NCBI GenBank assembly: GCA_004431415.1
Contig: QPMI01000103.1
Location: 186,001 to 250,000, forward strand
Direction: 5' to 3'
DNA from: Cyanophora paradoxa CCMP329
Lineage: Eukaryota; Plantae; Glaucophyta
Length of the DNA stretch: 64,000 bases
Every line of letters begins with the position of its first letter. Position 1 is the first letter of the stretch. Shown here one piece after another: positions 36,073 to 50,674 of the stretch. The position numbers were made by a program, and so were the translations under genes. Under the pieces are notes generated by a model that saw nothing but the letters and a program-made list of their open reading frames with translations, searched no databases and was not told the DNA's origin.

Positions 36073-38004
36073 CTACTCGGCCTCGGCGCGCCCCGGCGCG
36101 GCGCCGTTGAAGAGGTAGTCGTTGAGGACGGCCACGAGGTCCTCCCGCCCCGTCCTGCCCGGCCCGGCCCGCACCAGCTCAGCCGCGGCTCGAGCTCGAG
36201 ATCGAAGCACGGGCGGCGGCCTCGCACCGGGCGCCGCCCTTGACGGAGTAGAAGAGGTACGGGTCCTCTGGGTTCCACCGCACCGCCTGCCCCGCCTCAT
36301 CGGAAAACGGTCGTTTGCGGCGGGGAGAGGCGGCCGCGCACCTGCATGATCTCCCGCGCCCGCCGCTGGCGCTCCGCCTTGTTGACCAGGTCGGCCTGCA
36401 GGGCCCGGGGCCGCTGAGGCGCGGCCGCGCGGAGCGGAGCGGAGGGATTCGCGCGGGGGTCACCTTTGTGAGGATAAGGAGGCCGGGCTTGCCGCTCATC
36501 TCGATGTAGTTCCGCATCGCCTTGTCCTGCAGCCGGGGCCCGTCAGGGCGAGGGCGCGAGGGGCGCGGGGCGGGACGGGGGCGGGGGGGGGGGAACCTGG
36601 AAGACGATCTCGTGCCGCATGTCGACCACGAACATGATGAGCTTCAGCTGCCTGCGGGGGCGCGGGGCTCGGGGGGGGGGGGGGGGGGGGGGGGGGTAGC
36701 GGAGGACGCGGGAGGGGTACGGCGCACTTGCGGCGCCCGAAGAAGTCGGTGAACATCTCGGGCCAGCGGAGGCGCTCCTCCTCGGGGACCACGGAGTAGC
36801 CGTACCCGGGCACGTCCACCAGCGAGACTGCGGGGCCCGCAGGGTTGGGTCGTGTCCGGGTCGGTCCGGTTCGGTTCGGTTCGGGCGGGGCGGGGCGGAC
36901 CGAGGGAGTCGACGTCGAAGAAGTCGAGGGCGCGGGTGCAGCCGGGGACGGAGGAGGTCTTGGCGAGGCCGGGGCTCTGCCAGAGGTCGTTCAGCAGGCT
37001 CGACTTGCCCGCGTTCGCGTGCCCCAGCACCGCAACCTGCGCCCCGCCGCGTCAGCCCCGCCCCGCGCCGGAGTCCCGCGGGGCGCAGGGGTCGCTCGCC
37101 TCGGGGAGGAAGCGGCGCTGCCTGTCGCGGGGCACGGGCCACTCCTGCTTGCTCATCGCGCTCTTCACGAAGCGCGCGGCCTTGAACTGGCACACGATCC
37201 GCGGCTGCCGGCCCCCGCTTCGAAGCCCCGCCGGCCGCGCGGGCTCGGATTTCTCCGCGGTCGCCGCCTCCTTCCGCTGACTGCGCGGCGCCGGCGCCTC
37301 CGCTGCGGCTGGCTTCTTCGCCGGCTTAGCGGCGGCGGCGACTTGGCGAGCCGGGGCCCGCTTGGGGGCATCGTCGCCGAACGAGATCTCGAACTGATCG
37401 TCGTCGTCTTCTGCCTCCTCTAACCAGCCCTCGTCATCGTCCTCCTCCTCCTCGAGGCCCTCGCCGTCCTCGTCGAAATCGATCGAGCTCAAATTGATCA
37501 CGCTGCGAGCGCCGGCATGAGCGGAGCAGCGCCTGCCCGGACACGCGGCCCCGCGCACTTTTCCGCGTCCTCAAAGTCTTTGGCAGTGGGCGCAGCGGGC
37601 TTCGAGACGTTCAGGCTGCGCACGGGGACGCGATCAGCTGGCGCTTCGAGCGCTTGGGCGGGGCTTCGACTCCTGCGAGACGTGACGCACTCGGCCAGGA
37701 AGTTCTCGATGAGCTCGAGGTTCTGCGGGGTCCAGGGGATCGGCGTGTCATCGTCGTCGTAGATCGGCTGCCGAGATACTTGTCCGCGGCGCTGGCTGCC
37801 GGACGGCGGCCTTCCCCGGCCCGCATGCGCGTACAAGCTGAAGTGCGGCCGCTGGTAGCTCCACTGTTGCTTCTCGGGCACTGGGAGTCTGCACCGCCCG
37901 CGGCTTGCTAGCGGGTTCCAGGAGACGCCTGAAGCCTCCGAGGCATATGCTGGGCCTTCATGCGCGTGCTGCAGGCGCCCGGGGACGCCGGAGACGAAGG
38001 CCAT
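36073..38004 (-). CDS. engB: EngB/YihA ribosome-biogenesis GTPase, probably plastid-targeted
   Basis: G1 GHANAGKSS, AKTSSVPGCT, VDVPGYGY, FVVDMRH, LILTK, FYS. N-terminus MAFVSGVP resembles an F-motif plastid transit peptide. Confidence 0.9.
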
Positions 38005-38134
38005 CCTCGACGAATCTGTGTACCCGTGCGCTTCGTTCGCCGCACGAGGATCGAGCACGCTCCCGCGCTCAATTAAAAGTACAGGAATCGCTGAGATGAG
38101 TTATTTACAGTGATTGTACACGATCGCAGCTTCA

Positions 38135-41100
38135 GAGATCAAGCGGCGGGCCCGGGTCTACTGGGGGCAGGGCCCGATCTCGGGGCCCGGGCTGGGCGGG
38201 CGCCTCGAGCTCCCACGGCTGGGGCGGAACTGGGGCGCCGGGGAGGGCGAGCCGGTCGTGGGGGAGCAGGGGGAGAGGGGGAAGGGCCGGGTATGGGGGT
38301 CCGCGAAAGCGAAGGCGGGGCGCGGGCGGAGGAGCGGGGGAAGCGGGCAGGCGGAGGGCAGGGGTAGGCGGGCAGGGGCGGGAGGGCACGAGGGCCGTTC
38401 CAGGCCGGCGCCGGCGGCGCGCTCGAGTTCGCCGAGGGCGTCGGGCAGGGCGGCGGGCCCTGGCGGGCGCGGCGGCGGCGGCGGCGTCGCGCTGGCGGCG
38501 CTCGAGGCGGCGGCGCATGGCGAGGAGGGCGGCGCGCAGGTCGAGGGCGTCCGCGTGGCGCGCTGGAGGGCGGCGAGGGCGGCGGGAGGAGGCCCTCGCC
38601 CCGCTCAAGCGCCGCCGCCGGGACCGCCGAGAGGGCCTCCTGCAGGAGGCGAGGGCGGCCGCGTCGGGGCCCCCGCCGTGGGCGCGAGGCGGGCAGGAAG
38701 GCGTCCCAGGCGGAGCGGGCGGGGGCGGCCTCGAGGGCGCGCCACCAGCCGGGGCGCGCCAGCTCCTCCGCCACGAAGGCCATCAGCTCCCGCTCCGGCG
38801 CCTCCTCGGCTCGCCGCGCCTTGAGCAGCGCCAGGCTCAGCGCCCGCGCGTTGGCGCGGCGCAGGCCCCCGAGGCCGCCAGCCAGAGCGGCACGATCTCG
38901 ACGTTCAGGGGCGCCTCCCCGGAGGCCCGCGCGCTCCTGCCCCGCCCCGGCGGTCAGCCGCCGCCCCGCCAAGGCCTGGCCGGGCGGGGCGGGGCGGGGC
39001 GGGGCGCGCCTGAGGAAGCGGGCGAGCTCGGCGTCGGGGGCGCGGCCGGTCGCGTCCAGCACGCGCTCGACCTGCGCGGCGGCGTCAGCGGGCCCGGGAG
39101 AGGGCGGGTTCAGAAGGCGGGCCTCGATGGCGCGGCGGGAGGCGGCGTGCGGGTGGGCGGCGGCGTCGGGCAGGGGCGAGGAGGAGCCAGGCGAGGAGGA
39201 GAGGTCGTCCCGCGCCATGCGCGCCGCGCACGCCGCCGCCTCCCCCTCCGCCAGCGCCTGCAGCGCCCGCGCCCGCCCGTCCAGGTGCCCCGCCGGCGGC
39301 AGCAGCTCCGGCCCCGCCCCGCCCTCCTCCCCGGCCCCCGTCCCGGGCCCCGCCGCCGCGGCCCCCTCCCTCGCGGCCCCGCGGGGCGGCCGCTTCGGGG
39401 CGGGGCTCCAGGGCAGGAGGCCGGAGAGGGCGGCCGCGGGGGAGGAGCGCCCGAAGAAGACCTCGAGGCAGTCCTCCCGCAGGTGGTCCACGTACCCCGG
39501 GATGCTCCGCCCGTACCCGAGGGCCCCGGCGGCGAGCAGCCAGCAGCCGAAGGTCAGGAACGGGAGGGCGGCCCGCGCGCCCGCCGACGGCGCCCAGCGA
39601 AGCGCGAACGGCACGAAGCGGAGGCGCATGTGCCTGAAGGGCCGCGTGGGCGGGGGGGGCGGGCGGGCGCGGGGGCGGCAGGGCACCGGAGAAGAAGGAA
39701 GAGGAGAAGGTAGGCGGCGGAGACGAGGAGGCTGTCGGCTTCCTTCCAGCGAGGCCCGAAGTCCTGCCCGTCCGCCCGCTCCCGCTCCAGCTTCTGCCGC
39801 CGGCCGCCGGCGCGGCGCCCGTCGACGGCGGCGCGGGGCGGGAGAGGGGCGGGCCGGGGGCGCACGGAGGCCTCGTAGTCGAGCTCTTGCTGGAGGTCGT
39901 CGAGGTAGCGGGGCAGGTCCCCCGCGTCCAGCGCCTCCGCCAGGTGGCAGAGGAAGCCCACCAGCGCCCGCGCCTCCTGCCGCCCCCTCCCCGCTCGGCC
40001 CCGCCCCCGCCCCGTGCGCGAGCGAGCGCCGGGCCGCGCACGCGGAAGGCGTCGAGGCGGCGGCGCTCGAGCTCGTGGCGCTCGTGCCTGCGGAGGCGGC
40101 CCGTGTCGCCCCGCACCGCCTCCTCCAGCCGCTCCAGGTCCCCCTCCACCTGCCGCCCCGTGAGCTCGCGCCCCGCCCCGCCCCGCGGCGCGGCCTGGTG
40201 CTCGGCTCGCCTCGGCCGCCAGGCGCGCGCGCTCCGCCTCGGCGATCCGCGCGCCGCGGCGCCGCTCGAGGCGCGCGAAGGACTCGTTCGCCCGCCTGCG
40301 CAGCCGCCGCTGCAGGTCCCGCACCGTGGCCCGCCTCACGCGCCCCGACAGCTCCAAGCTCACGTCGAAACCGTCCTCTGCCGCGCGGTCGCAAGGTCCC
40401 GGCGGCGAGGGCCCGCGCGGGCGGGCGGCGCACCGCCGGCGCTCGTGCGGTTGGCGACGTAGCAGTGCACGAAGTGGATCACGGCGGACGCTTGCGTCGG
40501 CGACTGCGCGTAGCGCGCGAGAAGCGCATCTCTTGCTTGCCACAGGAGCCGCCGGAGCAGGAACCTGATGGGCGCTCGGCGAGAGTCGGAGGAAATCACG
40601 ATCGGGGGCGCACGACTGTAGGGGCTCCCCCTGCTGCGCCAGGCGGTGCTGTGCGATGAATGCCGCGAAAAAGAATCGGAAATTTAGTCGCTGCACGCGC
40701 TCCTCGGGCCAGTGCCGCTGGCGGAGCGGGCTAAAGCTTCCGTCCTCGTCTGCGGATCCCCGCGCTTGGCTCGGCTGCTACCGCCCAGAACGAAGCACCC
40801 AACGCACCCAGGACCATTGCGGAGAGGAGAGCGTGCAAGAACTTCGCGGTAGCGTCGACCTTGGCGTCTGGTCGGCCCGATATGTTGTACAGCTGCCAGC
40901 GCTCCTCGTGGTTGCGGCCTTCGAGCGGCTTCTCGATGTGCGTCAGACGCCGGATGTACTCTGCTTGGAGCGCATCTTCTCGGAACACGGAGGAGGCGTC
41001 GTCGCGCTGAGCGTCGCTCGCTCCAGCCGGCGTCACGTCTGCACGCGCCGGCGTCGGCGAAAGAGGGGAGCGGCGTACGCCAGCGGCGTGTACCTGCACG

Positions 41101-41268
41101 GGGCGCGAAGACGATCCCTCCGGGCCTGCAACTCGCTGGGCGTCGCGGGGCGCGTTTGCAAGGCGCGGTCGCCGCAGCCCAGCCCAGGCTCCTATGCTGC
41201 AGCTGTGGTCTGCCATCCGGCAGAGAAAGCGGCGGCCCGACGCAGAAGCCACAGAAGCTGGCCTGCAT
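38135..41268 (-). CDS. Multi-exon hypothetical membrane protein, possibly organelle-targeted
   Basis: Exon blocks FLHALLSAMVLGALGASFWAVAA, LVSAAYLLLFLLLR, LPFLTFGCWLLAAGALGYG; candidate start MQASFCGFCVGPP. 3' end approximate. Confidence 0.55.
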
Positions 41269-41496
41269 TTTTGGGGTACGCCGGCGAGTCCAGTTCGCCG
41301 TACCCAGTCCGCGACCGCGCAGAGAACTTCGAGCCGCCGAACCCGGCCCAGCAGCAGCGAGAAGCTGCGCTAGCAGAAAGGGTTCGTTTCCCGAAGCCAG
41401 CCGCAACACGCCCGCCCTTCTGCACGCTCTCCAACGCGTTCCTATTCTAAAAGTGTCCTCTCCAGACCGCGGGCGGACTGGCAGCCGGTTGCTTCC

Positions 41497-42974
<1,478 letters not shown>

Positions 42975-43698
42975 ATCGGGCTCTCGACCGAACTGGCCCG
43001 TGGCTTTCCATCCAGCTGCGGGACATCGAGCGCTGCACCAAGCGCTGTCCCAAGCGCTGTCCCATGAACCGTGATCCCGCTGGTCTCGCGCCCTCTCTGT
43101 CGGACCGTTGCGGAGCCTCTCCCTTTCCTTTGCGTCCTCTGGTCTCTCCAACAACACTCCCGTCACCCCGAGCCAGTACATAGTTTGCGCCTTCCAAACA
43201 GAAATAGCGTCTCTCTTCTCAAACGACGAATATCTCTATTGCAATCCTCGTTCAGACGCTGCTCGCTGCTCGGGGCACGCAGCAGCAAATGGTCATTCGC
43301 AGGTCTGCGCACAGCACTCGATCTCGCAACTCTCCCCGCGGCCGTGGCCCGGCCACCCATGGCCACCATCTGATCCTGATAGTCGTATACGTTACTTGAA
43401 ACAGACACAATACATGCACAAGTCAAGGTACTGTACACGGTCCCTCTCCCGAATCCCGAACTGCACTGTCAGCCTACATGGGCTATGCTCTACGCGTATA
43501 CAGCTAGAAAGCGAAAAGCGCCTAGTTTCATAGATTACAAAAGGCCCGCTGCTCGGCCTTCTGTCACTTCGGAGTGGCTCCAGCTAAGCCCGAGGCCCCG
43601 CGATGCGCTGTGTTTCCAGGCCGACTCATGATCAGAGAAGGAGAAGAGTCCAGGGAAAGCGGCGAGCAAGCGATCGTCGTTCGTTGCTGGTGGAAGCG

Positions 43699-44870
43699 TC
43701 AGACCCGAAAAGAAAGTTCAGACGGAAAGGGTGGCAAACCAGGCCAATCCTCGTACAAACTGTCTAGGTCGGCTTGGCAGCCGCAGCTGCACCACATTCT
43801 CAGGTGGCAGGTTCTCGCCTCCTCTTCTTTCAGCCGCGCGTCCAGCGCCAGCTCCCGCCGGACAGGGCCGCGGCGACCGCTCATCTCCTCCTCATCGGCG
43901 CTGACGGAAGCATTCGCACTGGATCGATATAAGCACGCCAAAATTCCGCACCCGTAGTCAGGCGCCTCGTAGTACACGTCGCGCCCGTCCTCGCTGCTGT
44001 CCAGCGCAACCAACTCGTCGTCACCGCCTGATATCAACCTCCGGTAGTCTCGCGGCACGATCACGATGTGCTCGCACTCCGCCTGCGCTGCAACGTTTGC
44101 AAGAGTACGCGTGCAGCGTGGGGACGGTCTCCGGCACCGTATTCATATCGACCTGCACGAAGCCGGAGAAGGCAGCTTGACAAGTGGGGCAGCTCGTGCT
44201 TATTGCAGACCAGTCCATGAGACATGGAGAGATGCAAAATGCCTGCGAGCGTAATGTCAAGCGAGGACCCAGACCCCCGTCGTCGTGGGCCCGTCGTGCG
44301 AGGCCCTTGTCCCGAGCAGGAAAATTGATGAACACCCAAGATTAGTCTTAGAACCTCGAGCCTAGCCAATATCCGCCGCCCGAGCGATGTCCGTGGCCGA
44401 AGCTTAGCTCGCACGTCCAAAGCTAAGCTCGGCGGAGCGCACATGCTTGCAAGGTAGGACGCCGATGTGGCTGGTTGACAACGGGTCGAGGCATATCGCT
44501 GCGGGTCGGTCAGCGCGGGCGAAGTGCTGCGCCGTGCGGGCGTCACGCAGTCGGCCGCTGAGCCGGACGCGACTCACCGCATTCCATTGCACGGTAGCAG
44601 CGCGACAGTAACAGCTGCAGGCGGGAGAGAGGGCGGGAAGGGAAGGGACGGGTACAGATTCCACGCTGCTTGACCAAAAGTAAAATTAATCTCCCGGGAG
44701 TGGATCCGATGATTCCCATCCAGTCCCACATGCATGGGGCTCTGGGTACGTATCGCGCTGCATACCGGGGGTAGCTGCAGCTGCCAGTTGACGTCGGCAT
44801 CCGCAAACAGCTGCTCGACGGTCTCGACCTCCGGACGCCGTGGCGCCGGTGGCGGTCGCGTGGCGGACAA
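43699..44870 (-). CDS. RING-finger (C3HC4-type) protein
   Basis: AICLDPLSTSHIGVLPCKH joined to AFCISPCLMDWSAISTSCPTCQ across an intron; start not resolved. Confidence 0.7.
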
Positions 44871-44969
44871 TTGCAACGGCAGCTATAGCTGTAGCTACCG
44901 TATAGCATGCGCAGCTCGGTCAGGCGGACACCGGACGCGTTAGCCGCCCCGAAGGCGAGGTCGATCGAT

Positions 44970-47940
44970 CCCTCGATGAGAAGAAGCCCTCTGTCCGGAG
45001 CGGCTTTCGGATCCTAGCGGCTTGGATTGCGTCTCTGCACGTCGGCGCGCGGGATGGAGGCGCGGTTCGACGCCGATCTGGTGGACGAGGTCCGCGCCCG
45101 ACCCGCGCGTGCGCAGATCTTCGGAACTGCGCGCTGAACCGCGACGTGCGCGCAGATATGTGCCGCGGTTGTAAGTGAGATTACGGATCCAGCGGGCGAC
45201 TGGCGGACCGCAATCGAACATGGCAATCTCTCCGTCGATTACCGGTGCCGCAGGACTACACCTAGTGCATCCCGCCTTTTGATGAAAGCTCACGGAAATT
45301 CTGCAGGGCTCCGGACGCCCCGCCGCTGCAGGTCAGTGACCCGGATCCGGGGATCGGGGGTGATCATGATCATGGCGTGGCTGCGCACGCGCTGGCGGGA
45401 GCCTGGCGCCGTCGCGCGGCCCTTCGCTGCCTGGGCCCGCGACCGCGACATAGCCACAAGCCTAGGGACGGGCCCAAAGTTCCGACGCGGATACCAACGC
45501 GGGGGAGAGCGGGGTGCTGAAACACAGTGGGAGGGGCGCGGGCGCCAGCCGCTGAGTCGGCGGCAGCAGCGCGCTCGGATCGAATGCGAGCGCCGACGCG
45601 GGTGCGCCGCGCAGGGGATGTACGTGCTGCGCACGGTGTCGGACTACCCCGGCGTCCACGCCGGCTTCGTCAGCCGCCGCATCCTCGCCCGCAGCCGCGC
45701 CAAGGTCCGCATCCTCGTCGTCCGCTCCCCTGCCCCCGCGCTCGTTCGCGAGCCGCGCGGTGCCGCCCCGCTGACCCCGCCGCCCCCCCTCCCCCCCTCC
45801 CTCCTCCCTGGCAGGAGTTCAACGAGGTGAGGGGGCAGAGGGGCGGGGGGGGGCGGGGCAGAGGCGGGGGCCTGAGTGGAGGGGGCGGCGGGGGCAGTTC
45901 GTGTCGCGGGAGAGGCTCGTGGAGGAGATCGCGTCGGGCGGGCTCGACCCCAGCGGCCTCGGCTTCACCGGCGTGTGCGCCCCGCCCCGCCCCGACCCCC
46001 GCGCCCCCCGCCCCCGCGCCGGCGCCCCATCCCACCGCCCCCGCCCACGTCGAACCCCGCGCCGCCGGGGCACGCGCAGGTACAAGAACGACGACGCGTA
46101 CTTCGGTGCGTGCCGCTCGCCCCGCGCCGCGCCGCCGGCCTCACGGAGGCGGCCAGGCTGGACGCTCCAGTCCTACATGCTCTACACGAACCGCCGGTGC
46201 GCGCGCGCCTCGCCCGCCCGCGCCGGCGCGGGGCGGAGCCGGCGGCTGAGCGGGCGGCTGAGCCGGGGCGGGCGGGCAGGCTGCCGGACGGCTCAGCGAT
46301 CGCGCTGAAGCTCCCCGTCGCCCTCGTGGACGGCGCCTGGTCCGCCGGCCCCGCCCGCCCCGCCGGCACCCGCGCCCCCGCGGCCGCCCACCGCGCCCGG
46401 GCGCCGAGCAGGTCGCTGGCGGGGTACAAGAGGAAGCTGAAGCCGCTGACGGCGTGGCACGTGGTGGGGACGCCCGGCGGCTGCCGCCTCACATTCTTCC
46501 TCTTCACCGCCGCCTACCTCTGGAACTTCCTCCCCCAGTACATGAATCTGCAGGCGCCCCGCCCCGGCCCCCTGAAACACGTACCCCCCCCGCGCTCAGC
46601 CGCGCGCCAGATCCAATCGCGGATTCTGGCGAAGTACACGCTGCGGATCACGAAGACTGTGTACGCCGAGTTCGCGGAGGAGACCGCTCCCTCCTCCCAC
46701 GCCCCCGAGTCCCGCCCGCTCCCCTTCGCCTCCGGCTCCGCCTCCTTCGCCCTCCGCAGGGGCGGCCCCGCCGCCCCGCCGCCCCTGGGCCTGGCCCTGG
46801 ACGAGGAGTCGCCGTACCCCCTCGCGCGCTCCCTGCCCTTCATCGTGCACTCGTACCGGCTGCCCGGGGCGGCGCGCGGGCCGCCCGGGGGGGCGGAGGC
46901 GGAGGAGGGCGGGGACGGGCCGGCGGGGCGGCCCGGCGGGGCGCCCGACGTACCCATCCACGATCTCTTCTTCGACCTCCTCGGCATCGACGTCCGCGCC
47001 CCTCGCCGCCCCACCGCCCCGCCCGCCCCCTCGCCCACGCCCCGCCCCGCGCAGAAGCGCCAGCAGACGCAGGCCCAGCCGCCGGGCGCCGCGCCCGCCG
47101 TTCCCCAGCAGGTGCCAGCTCCCGCCGGTGGCACGCGAGCCGCGCGGGCCGGGCCGGGCCGAGCCGCGCCGCAGGAGACGCAGGTCTCGCGGCTCGCGGT
47201 GGGCGAAATCCTCCAGCCCGCCCTCCTCTCCCGCGTGCGCCTGTACCCCCCGCCCCGCCCCCCGCTTCCCACCCCCCGGGGCCCGACCGCCGGGCAGGTG
47301 GGGGAGGCGATGCGGGCCTCGCTCGACCTCTCCCTCCAGCTCGAGTCCATGTCCCTCTCGGACGCATACCCCCCCAGCCCCCAGCCGGCCCCCGCCTGCC
47401 CCCGGCCCCGGGAGCCCGATCCGGTCGCAGCACCGGAGCCGGCCCCTGCCGCGTTGCCAGCTGCCCAGCCGCGGGGGCCAGCCATCGCTCACCCAGCCCC
47501 TCTCTCCTCGAACGTCGACGCCGTACCCGCCGCCGCCCGCTTCGGCACCCCCGACGCCGTCCCGGCCCCCGTGCCTTCCCCGATCAGCGTCGCCCGCGCG
47601 CCCGTGGTGCCGAGGGGCACCCTCACGAGGGAGGCGCCGCCTCCGCCGTACGCGGCGCCGGGCCCGGGGGAGCGGGTGCCTGTGCCCCTCAACCGGCGCC
47701 GGCGGAACGCGCCGTCGGCCTGCGAGCCCGGCAGTTCGGGCTCCTCCGGAGGAGAGGAGCGGGAGCGGGGCCCCAGCTTCGCCGACGTGCGCTCTGCCCC
47801 CCCCCCCGCCCCGCCCCGCCCCGCCCCGCGCTGACACCGCGCAGGGCGGCGGGGCCCCCGAGGAGCGCCGGAAGAGGCCGCACGTGCCCGGCGCGGGGGA
47901 GCTGCTTAGGGGCGTGGAGCGGCAGCCTGCGCAGGCGTAG
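44970..47940 (+). CDS. START/SRPBCC-like domain protein, paralog 1, Pro-rich tail
   Basis: GDWRTAIEHGNLSVDYR, YVLRTVSDYPGV, GWTLQSYMLY, LTAWHVVGTPGGCRLTF. Fold call is pattern-based; start approximate. Confidence 0.55.
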
Positions 47941-48228
47941 ACGGCGCAGCGCAGGCCCGAGGCCCGCCGGCCGTTTCGCCTGCCGACCCTGCCGGCATTC
48001 TCCAAACGCCCTCTATAGATGTATTTCTAGATCTACCGACGGTCTCGTATCGCATTATATACGTATTATTGGAAATTTCAGCTTGGCCCTTCGCGCAGGC
48101 GCGGCCTCTCTTCCCCTTTTTCTCCTTTTGCTTTTATCACTACTAGGTTAAGAAGGAACATAGATGTTGGGCCGGCGGTCCTACGCTACCTTCTGTAGAC
48201 TAGCTTTATCTGGCTATAGCTAAATTTA

Positions 48229-49493
48229 TTGGGGAAGGGAAAAACACTTCCCCTGTCCCTCTCCTTTGGGCCCAACCCTACCCCAAATCCCGTTTTCCCG
48301 ACCTCCTCAAAACCCGGGCCGCGCGGTATATCCTGAAAGCAAATCCCAAGGGGACCCCGAAACCATGTCGCCCGGTCCCGTTCGACCAAAGGGCGACCCA
48401 GGAACGGGCACCAACATCCGGGACAAAAACGGGTCCAGCGACGCACAGGGAGCAGATATACGGGCCAGACCAGTTCGAGGTCAATGCTTGCATTATGCCC
48501 GACATTCCGTACTGCAAGAGCGAGGCCGGGCGCGAGCGCGGTCGCATAGGAAGACGCCGCACGCGCTAGCCAATCACATTGGAGAGTGCGAAAGACCCTG
48601 CAAAAGTCTTTTGGCGTACCCTTGTACGTACCTGGTATGAGCGTCTGGCCATGGCGTACCCGCCGGCACGGCGCGCCATCGCTTCTCTTCATCGATATAG
48701 ATCAGCTCGCCGAGTCGTCTCGGCTCGACACGATCACGCCTCTCGAGATCACGCGCACGCCCCAGCCGCTCCAACCGCGCGCACCCCGACGCATGCGCAC
48801 TAGCTTGCGCCCACGGCCGGTCGTGCCAGTCGCAACAGGCCGCGGCCGCATGCGCAGCCGCTGAGCTGGCCCGCTGCGCGAGTGCCCTTACGGACCCCCC
48901 GGCCGCTTTCGAATTTTGAGCGGAGCGTGAGCTCCAGCAGCGTCCCTGCGTTCGCGCCCAGGTTTGCCCGCGCATGCAGATCGCGGAGGCCAGCCTCCGC
49001 GCGCGCCTCCCCGCGCGCCGCACACCCGGCCGCGGCCGTGCACCCGCCGTACGTATACGTATACGCGCGCGTACCCGCGGCCGTCGCGCCTCACGCGCGC
49101 GCGACGTCGACGTCGACGGCCGCGGGGCAAGCGCAAGCGCAGGACCGGAGCACACAAGGTTCGATTTGCGAGCCATCCCCCCGGGCCCGCCCCCGTGGCC
49201 CGCGCCCTACCTCTAGATCTGGCGCGGCCTAGCTATAGCCTCGATCGAGCTCGAGCTCGCCTAGGCCTAAAAGACAGCTCGCCTGGCATGGCCAGCCGCT
49301 GAGCCTCGGCCGCGGATCGGAGCCGGCTCGCCCGCGGCCGGCCCGGCGGCCACCGCCTTCTGAAGCTTGCAATTGGGTTCTGCCAGGCTGCATTTCAAGT
49401 TTCTTCTGCATTTCCGAAGCTCTCTGAAGGATTCGCCGAGTTTAAATTCCCTTCCCCGGACCCAACTGACGCGCACGGCAAGTCAGTGGCCCT
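48229..49493 (+). mobile_element. 1.26-kb insertion with Helitron2/Helentron-like ends
   Basis: Absent from the paralogous site (~53937-53947, ATTTATTAAG). 5' GGGGAAGGGAA forms a hairpin with CTTCCCC; subterminal inverted copy TTCCCTTCCCC at 49447-49457; then hairpin ACTGAC/GTCAGT; T-rich junctions. Confidence 0.7.
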
Positions 49494-49809
49494 TTTATTA
49501 AGTTACGAAGTTAATTAGAGATCTAGATCTAGATGTCTAGAACACCGGGTTCAAGCTTGGTCCACGCGGGAACTCCCGTTGACGTTCATCCGCCGATTTG
49601 CGATTCAAGGCTCATGATCATGATCACTTGCGAGCCTCGCAATCGGAGTTGCAGCAGCACACATCTCATGATCAGCCTATTCATTTTCTAGCCACCATAC
49701 CAGTTGCATCTCAGGATACGTGTTACAGAGCACTACTAGTACTGTCACAGTGTATCGATATCGGTCATATATGCATAGCGCATGCGCATGCGCATGCATA
49801 TGGCCATGG

Positions 49810-50450
49810 CACGCCGATGTCGATGTGGCTGGTTGACAACGTTAACGGGTCGTCGATCGCGAGGCATACGTATATACGTATACGTATACGTATACGTATA
49901 TTCTAGTATACGTACTGGCGGCCGGCGCGCGCGCGGGGGGGGCCGGGGGCCGGCCGGCGCCGGGCGATCGATCGCGAGTTACGTATATACGTATACGTGC
50001 GCATGCGCATGCGCACATGCCGCAGCTGCAGTGCGGCGGGCCGGGCGTACGCGCGCGTGCGCGTGCGTCACGCATGCGCAGTCGGCGGGCGGCCGCTGAT
50101 CATGATCATGAACCGGACGCGACTACGCACCGCATTCCATCGCACGGTCTTCGCGTATGTGCGCATATGCATGCAATGATCATGATCGATATCAGAACGT
50201 CGACCAGCAGCGTACGCGTGACCAGCGCGCGCGCGCGCGCTAGCTGCAGCACGGCGCCGGCAGATCTAGAGAGCGGGAAGCTTAAGGGACGGGACGCGAC
50301 GGGTTTATAATTACGTGAGCGTGTACGTACGTATATATACGCATACGCATGCGCACAGATTGCCGCAATTGCAAGTGCACGCTGCTTAAGCTTGACCGAA
50401 AGTAAAATTAATATTAATCTCCCGGGAGTAGATCCGACGATTCCGATGAC
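49810..50450 (-). pseudogene. Decayed duplicate of the 5' part of the RING gene, riddled with palindromic micro-insertions
   Basis: Collinear with 44457-44715 once 6-bp insertions are removed. Confidence 0.8.
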
Positions 50451-50467
50451 AGTATCGGCGTGTATAG

Positions 50468-50548
50468 TGTTGCCACTCCGATATATCCTCTACCCCAAGA
50501 TATACGGACGGATATATCCTGGGTAGAGGATATATCGGAGTGGCTACA
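50468..50548. mobile_element. 81-bp mini-MITE with 28-bp TIRs (TGT...ACA)
   Basis: TGTTGCCACTCCGATATATCCTCTACCC ... GGGTAGAGGATATATCGGAGTGGCTACA; flanks ATAG/ATCG; absent from the paralogous region near 44720. Confidence 0.65.
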
Positions 50549-50674
50549 ATCGCCTGCTTCTGATGGCCCCTGGGTATTTGTATATGGCGCTGCTTCTACA
50601 CAGCGCGCTGCGTATGCGGATGCGCATATACATACACATGGTCGATATCTGATCCGATCGATCGATATCTGTGC

